Source of the DNA: an uncultured Oleiharenicola sp.
GTDB taxonomy: Bacteria; Verrucomicrobiota; Verrucomicrobiia; Opitutales; Opitutaceae
Reading direction: 5' to 3'
DNA: 42,890 bases
NCBI GenBank assembly: GCA_964486705.1
Contig: CAZAOI010000001.1
Coordinates: 1-42,890, forward strand
This document shows, one piece after another, positions 38,448 through 42,890 of the stretch (the stretch's first letter is position 1; each line of letters starts with the position of its first letter). Under the pieces are notes generated by a model. That model was not told the DNA's origin. It worked only from the letters and a program-made list of their open reading frames with translations, and did no database searches. The position numbers were made by a program, and so were the translations under genes.

Positions 38448-38777
38448 TCAGCCTTGGGCCGGAGTGGCCTGGCGGACGCGGGCACAGGAAATTTTCTTGG
38501 ACGGAACGGGATCGAGGCCGCCGGGATGCCACGGGCCACACTTCACGAGGCGGCGGACCGTGTAACCGAGACCCGCGAGCAGGCCGTGTTTGTGCAAAGC
38601 CTCGCGGGCATAGTGCGAACACGTCGGGGCAAAACGGCAGCCGCAGGCCGGATTGAGGGCCGCCAATGCAGGTGACACCGCCTGTTGGTACACCCAGATC
38701 AGCCCGCTCGCCGCGCGGGCGGGCAGCGAGAGAATCCGCGCAAAGCCGGAAGCGGCGGCCTGGGGACGGTTAAACAT
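38448..38777 (-). CDS. yidD: Membrane protein insertion efficiency factor YidD
   Basis: CRFAPTCSHYA...HG...KCGPWHPGGLDPVP. Confidence 0.93.
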   Translation of the reverse strand: MFNRPQAAASGFARILSLPARAASGLIWVYQQAVSPALAALNPACGCRFAPTCSHYAREALHKHGLLAGLGYTVRRLVKCGPWHPGGLDPVPSKKISCARVRQATPAQG

Positions 38778-39141
38778 GGGGCGTGGCCGGAGCCGGAACC
38801 AATTTGCGGCAGGCGAGGACGAACCGCTGCTCCACGTCGGAATATTCGAGGCGCAACAAGGCGGGGCGGGCAGTCAGCACGAGGTCGAGGCCGGGGGGCA
38901 CAAGGTTTTGATGACGGCGATAAATTTCGCGGAGGCGGCGTTTGGCGCGGTTGCGATGGACGGCATCACCGACCGAGGCCCGGGAAGCCACCACGCCGAC
39001 GCGGGATGGTGCGACTGGGGACGCGGCCGGTCGAACCCGCCAAGTCAGCAGGAAGGCTCCGCAGTCGGTGCGGCGGCCCTCCTCGCGGACGGTGCGGAAG
39101 TCGTCGTTGCGCCGCAGACGTTGCCCGGCGCGCAGATTCAT
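38770..39141 (-). CDS. rnpA: Ribonuclease P protein component
   Basis: RLRRNDDF; RVGVVASR; RNR motif AVHRNRAKRRLRE; position between rpmH and yidD. Confidence 0.93.
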   Translation of the reverse strand: MNLRAGQRLRRNDDFRTVREEGRRTDCGAFLLTWRVRPAASPVAPSRVGVVASRASVGDAVHRNRAKRRLREIYRRHQNLVPPGLDLVLTARPALLRLEYSDVEQRFVLACRKLVPAPATPHV

Positions 39142-39142
39142 C

Positions 39143-39280
39143 TTAGACGACCGTGAGGCGCTTGCGGCCTTTGCGGCGACGGGCGAGGAGGACTTTGCGG
39201 CCACCGCGGGTGGCCTTGCGGGCGCGAAAACCGATCTTGCGGGCGCGCTTCTTGCGATGGGGGCGGAATGTTGGTTGCAT
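39143..39280 (-). CDS. rpmH: 50S ribosomal protein L34
   Basis: Manual translation [45 protein letters not shown]; absent from the ORF track. Confidence 0.96.
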   Translation of the reverse strand: MQPTFRPHRKKRARKIGFRARKATRGGRKVLLARRRKGRKRLTVV

Positions 39281-39304
39281 AGTTGTATGGGAAAAAGAGG
39301 CCCA

Positions 39305-39333
39305 AAGTCAGGGCAGAGGGCGGGGGGTGTCAA
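39305..39333 (-). promoter_or_regulatory. Candidate sigma70 promoter of the rpmH operon
   Basis: Perfect TTGACA (39333-39328); only a weak -10 element 17-18 bp downstream. Confidence 0.35.
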
Positions 39334-39474
39334 GCGAGAGGTTAAATGTAAAAAAATCCGCGCAAGCTGGGGCCGGATACTTTCTCGCCTTGGGATTCAG
39401 GTGTGAACAACGTGCGGGCAATTAGTTTTTGCGTTCAGGCGCGGCCGCCGCGACCTTGGACGCATGGCCGAGCC

Positions 39475-40410
39475 ATGCAGCAAGAAGACGAACCGTTCAC
39501 CGGACACCCCACCTACCTCACCGGCTCCCGCCTCCCCGGGCCGGAAGGGTGGACCGCTGTTCTGGACGGTCACCGGCAACGACTTCGGGCGCTCGATCAG
39601 CTGGTCAAAGCAGCGCGGCAATGCGGCCTCGGAACAGATAAAGACCTCGATATCGTCCGGCTCGCGGAAGACGAAGTAAGCCTGCTGGAGGCCACCGGGG
39701 GTGAATGGGCGGCCCTGGGCGACGCGATCCGCGGATTCCGGCGGTATCTGCCGGTCGTGGCTTTCGAGGCGTTCGGCTTCAGTTCGGAAGTGGAGGATCC
39801 CTTCGAGGTCGACAGTCCGAAACTGCGCCGGATCGGCGGCGGGGTGGAGGCGCTGGCGTTCGTGGATGCGCAGCGGTCGGTCTACAAATTTTTCCTGTTC
39901 CGTGAAGGCGGCGACGTCGGAGCGACGTTCGCGTTCCGTCGCGGCGAGAGCGATCTGCTGGAGGCGACGGCGGTGCCGGGCAGCTACCGGATGCTGTTGG
40001 AAAAATTAAGCCTGACGCACCAGTTCGGGATCCCGACGGAGATTGTCGCCATCACGCCGGAGGGGATTTTGGTGGCCAAACAAACTTTTGGCCGCCTCTT
40101 GCCGGAGAAAACAGATGTGTCCGCGCACGATCCGGTGCGGTTGGTGCCCATTCCTTCGCGGTTTTTGCGCGCCGATCGCGATCACCCGCGACTCGTCTTT
40201 CACGACGGTGAACCCTGGCTGGTGGCCGACACCCATGACCGCAATGTGGTTGTGGATGAGACGGGGGCGTGGCGCGTCATTGATCTCGTCGCGGCCCCGT
40301 TGCCGGCGGAATGGCTGGCGGAGATGACCCTGTTCCGCGACTGGATCGAGCGGGCCCGACTCGACCCGCAGGCGGAGGTTTTTGCCGCGGTTAATGACGA
40401 CGAACTGTAG
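39475..40410 (+). CDS. Protein-kinase-like domain protein (resembles the polyvalent-protein kinase family)
   Basis: Gly-rich IGGGVEA, VYK lysine, catalytic-loop-like DTHDRNV, and VID metal-binding Asp, in the expected order. Confidence 0.65.
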   Translation: MQQEDEPFTGHPTYLTGSRLPGPEGWTAVLDGHRQRLRALDQLVKAARQCGLGTDKDLDIVRLAEDEVSLLEATGGEWAALGDAIRGFRRYLPVVAFEAFGFSSEVEDPFEVDSPKLRRIGGGVEALAFVDAQRSVYKFFLFREGGDVGATFAFRRGESDLLEATAVPGSYRMLLEKLSLTHQFGIPTEIVAITPEGILVAKQTFGRLLPEKTDVSAHDPVRLVPIPSRFLRADRDHPRLVFHDGEPWLVADTHDRNVVVDETGAWRVIDLVAAPLPAEWLAEMTLFRDWIERARLDPQAEVFAAVNDDEL

Positions 40411-40479
40411 GCGGCGAGTCGGGGGTGGATCAGAGCGATTACGGGAGGAATCGCGTGAGCGCACTCCAGCGGGCAGACG

Positions 40480-40507
40480 AAAAAAAGCCGCGACGTTCGT
40501 CGCGGCT
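40480..40507 (-). terminator. Intrinsic terminator downstream of the peroxiredoxin gene
   Basis: AGCCGCGAC-GTTC-GTCGCGGCT stem preceded by an A-run on the plus strand (T-tract on minus). Confidence 0.8.
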
Positions 40508-40530
40508 GGAAGGAAGCAAGAAATTCGGGC

Positions 40531-41043
40531 TCAGCCTTTCTGGCTGGCGAGGAAGCCGAGGACGTTGGCGGCCTGCTGGTCAGTCACGCCGGTGTCCTTG
40601 TAGACGATCTTGCCGCCCTTGATGACGTAGCATTCGCGCGAGGCAAAAAGGGTGGCAGACTGGCCGAAGGCCTTGACGACCTTCTTGTCCGTGTCGGCGA
40701 GGAGAGGGAAAGGAAAGTGGTTCATCTCCTTGAACTGCTTCTGCTTTTCGACGGTGTCCAGACTCACTCCGACCACGGTCGCGCCGTATTTGGCGAGTTC
40801 GGCGCTGGCGTCGCGCAGCGAGCAGCCCTGCTTGGTGCAGCCGCCGGTCAGGGCCTTGGGATAAAACCAAACGACCGTGTAGGCGTTGTTCTGGTAAACG
40901 TCGGCAAGATTGAGGGTGGTGCCGGCATCTGTGACGGCGGAGACGACTGGGGCGGCGTCGCCGACCTTGAGCGGCTCGGCGGAGGCGAAAACGGAAAAGA
41001 GCGACATGGTGGCGAGGAGGGGGAGGAGGCGGAGGGTTTTCAT
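40531..41043 (-). CDS. Peroxiredoxin (BCP/PrxQ type) with signal peptide
   Basis: FYPKALTGGCTKQGC (PxxxTxxC plus resolving Cys); GVSLD; FPLLAD; start ATG 41043. Confidence 0.9.
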   Translation of the reverse strand: MKTLRLLPLLATMSLFSVFASAEPLKVGDAAPVVSAVTDAGTTLNLADVYQNNAYTVVWFYPKALTGGCTKQGCSLRDASAELAKYGATVVGVSLDTVEKQKQFKEMNHFPFPLLADTDKKVVKAFGQSATLFASRECYVIKGGKIVYKDTGVTDQQAANVLGFLASQKG

Positions 41044-41129
41044 GAAACTCAGATGGTAGCTGCGAGGCCGGGATTTGCAAGTGATGAGGAAATGCGCCGC
41101 CGGCCGTTGATCGGAAAATCGGCGTCCGC

Positions 41130-42323
41130 TCACACCACGGGATGAAACCCGACACTGGCGCCGACCCAGGTGCGGCCCTTGTTGAAGTCCACCCCGTGCA
41201 TCGCGCCTTTCGTCAGACGCACGAGCTGGTTGACCAGGGTCGGCATGCCGGTGCCATCGCCGGCGAAGATCATCCGCACCTCCGCTTTGGCCGGGCCGTC
41301 CGGAGTTGCCAGCAGGGGCGCATAGGTGACTTTGCGCTGCAGTAGCCACTCGGCTGGATTGGAGATGGCCGTGATCGAATCCCGGGTTGGGGCGATATCG
41401 ACCCCGAGCCCGGCGAAGGAATAGAGCGGCTTGCAGACGTAATTCTCGAGGTCGGGCGGGATGGCGCCGCCGAGCTCGCTCACGAAGCGGCAATCGGGCA
41501 CATACGAACTCTTCAGGAACGGCAAGGTGTGCTTGCTGATGCGGAAATACCAGTTGGGGTGGCCGGCCCATTGCACGTCAAGATCCTCAAAGAAGCTGAA
41601 TTTCATCGCCGGCTGCTTCCGCAGCAGTTCGTCAAAGATGACGCGGTTGTAGAGGCGATGGATCGGCACTTCGCGGCCGCCGCTGAAGTAGAAGAGTTTT
41701 TTCCCGTGCCTGATGACCTTCGTGACGCAAAGTGGCTTCACGCCGAGGAACGCGTGGGTGCAGGCAAAATCGACCCGCGTTTTTTGCTGGTCGGGTTCGA
41801 TTTCCAGCAGCACGACGTTTTCCGGCAGACAGTCGCCGAGCATGGCGCGGCGGAGGACGTCGAGGTAACCTGCCTCGTCGAGCCCGCCAAAGTAGGAGGT
41901 GTAGTCCGCGGGGATCTCGGGGAAATATTTCCGGTAGGCGCCGGCCAGCAGCGCCTGCCAGCAGGCGACGGTGGGGAACCCCTGCAGTTCGATGAGCTGC
42001 GGCCGCACCCGGCCGGCCGCGTCGTGACAAAGCGCAAAGTCCACCGCGAGAAAGTGCGGCCAGGGGGTTTCGGCGGGGACGGCCAACCCGGCCGGAATCG
42101 CGGTCTGCGCGTGCTGGCGGAATTCCGGGGTCGCGAGTTGGCGGACGATGTCGTCAGCCGCGCGGACGAGTTCGCCCGTCGTGGATTCATCGAGGAACAG
42201 CGGCGACTCGGCCACGCGGAAATCAACTGGCCAGTAAACCGCGCGGTTTAGTTCCGCCATGAATGCGGCGTAGCGCGCGTCGGTGAACGCGGCATTGTAG
42301 CGCTGGCGGAGGGCGGGAATCAT
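41130..42323 (-). CDS. Conserved hypothetical protein, probable ATP-grasp-like (glutathionylspermidine synthase-like) ligase
   Basis: AVDF...PQLIELQGFP; YNRVIFDE; SKHTLPFL; YVCKPLYSFAGLGV; WLLQRKV pattern. Confidence 0.65.
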   Translation of the reverse strand: MIPALRQRYNAAFTDARYAAFMAELNRAVYWPVDFRVAESPLFLDESTTGELVRAADDIVRQLATPEFRQHAQTAIPAGLAVPAETPWPHFLAVDFALCHDAAGRVRPQLIELQGFPTVACWQALLAGAYRKYFPEIPADYTSYFGGLDEAGYLDVLRRAMLGDCLPENVVLLEIEPDQQKTRVDFACTHAFLGVKPLCVTKVIRHGKKLFYFSGGREVPIHRLYNRVIFDELLRKQPAMKFSFFEDLDVQWAGHPNWYFRISKHTLPFLKSSYVPDCRFVSELGGAIPPDLENYVCKPLYSFAGLGVDIAPTRDSITAISNPAEWLLQRKVTYAPLLATPDGPAKAEVRMIFAGDGTGMPTLVNQLVRLTKGAMHGVDFNKGRTWVGASVGFHPVV

Positions 42324-42330
42324 GGGAAAA

Positions 42331-42472
42331 GAGTTTTAACTCCGGATTTCCCGGATGGGCCCGGATACCTCCAAGCCCAGGGTCAGCCGGCCTGATGGAT
42401 TCTTCGCTTCGCTCATAATGACACTTGGCAGGGACGATCCGTGGTAATCCGTGAAATCCGCGGGCAAAACTC
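42331..42472. repeat. 36-bp imperfect inverted repeats with periodic CGGAT, enclosing a different repeat half-unit
   Basis: 42331-42366 versus the reverse complement of 42437-42472: 27/36 identical, three CGGAT units each; GATTCTTCGCTTCGCTCATAATGACA at 42398-42423 lies inside. Confidence 0.75.
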
Positions 42473-42479
42473 CGATAAC

Positions 42480-42890
42480 TCAGGGCAGGAACTTCCCCTT
42501 GGCCATGACCTGCTCATCGTCGAGCCAGATGTCGAAGAAGCGGCCGACGCAGTCGATGTGGGTGGTGCTCTTCCAGGTCTGGCCCGTGTGCTCGCAGTAG
42601 GGATGGCCGAAGGCGATGTGGATGCCGGGGAGTTTCTCGTCCTGCAGGATGTGGCCGATGATGTGCGTACAGGCGAGGTTGGTGCCGATGGCGAACTCGC
42701 CGACCCGGTCCGAGTTTTCGTCGGTGTGGCAGTAGGCGTCGAACTCCTTGAGCAATTCCTGATTCGAACACGCCAGCCCGACGATCCGGTTGTCCTTGAT
42801 GTCGATCGTCAGCGGGGTGGCGCCGATGTCGCCGTATTTCTGGCAGAGGTAGTCGCCGACGACGCCGTCGACCACGAAGCGGCCGTTGGA
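42480..42890 (-). CDS. Aminopeptidase, M29/AmpS-like family; 3' part only, begins beyond the window
   Basis: GEFAIGTN, LQDEK..GIHIAFG, HIDC metal-binding motifs; frame is open to the window edge. Confidence 0.88.
   Translation of the reverse strand, partial: SNGRFVVDGVVGDYLCQKYGDIGATPLTIDIKDNRIVGLACSNQELLKEFDAYCHTDENSDRVGEFAIGTNLACTHIIGHILQDEKLPGIHIAFGHPYCEHTGQTWKSTTHIDCVGRFFDIWLDDEQVMAKGKFLP

Noticed and set aside
39281-39474. oriC next to rpmH
   Set aside because: Only one imperfect DnaA-box-like 9-mer, no box cluster or extended AT-rich unwinding element, and no dnaA/dnaN

Overview
This is a GC-rich bacterial chromosomal segment. Gene content and style (alpha2-type GlyRS, short TonB-C proteins, weak Shine-Dalgarno signals) suggest Opitutaceae/Verrucomicrobiota, which is an inference. 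Left part: a Fic gene sitting between the intact 3' end of a SWIM-SNF2 helicase gene and a diverged second copy of that 3' end; glyQS; a TonB protein; a repeat-filled intergenic region; DUF962, YceI and a MacB/LolCDE-like ABC pair whose permease is frameshifted. Centre: a complete compact hisGDC(NB)HAF(IE) operon with a His6 leader peptide and attenuator; an MFS-like protein; an LTA-synthase-family sulfatase; a TonB-C protein; TPR/rhomboid-like/prmB genes; urate hydroxylase PuuD. Right part: a putative sulfur-handling cluster (rhodanese, DUF3365 cytochrome c, RND pump, DUF2892, ArsR, class-V PLP enzyme); yebC; rpmH-rnpA-yidD-yidC with a kinase-like ORF where dnaA usually lies; a BCP peroxiredoxin; an ATP-grasp-like protein; and a truncated M29 aminopeptidase. 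I saw no rRNA, tRNA, CRISPR array, integrase or transposase. The most unusual signals are the integrase-less 1.4-kb Fic cassette, which appears to have replaced the SNF2 gene end, a recurring 23-bp palindrome, and several families of small, sometimes nested, inverted-repeat elements at gene junctions. All family assignments come from motif recognition, not database searches.
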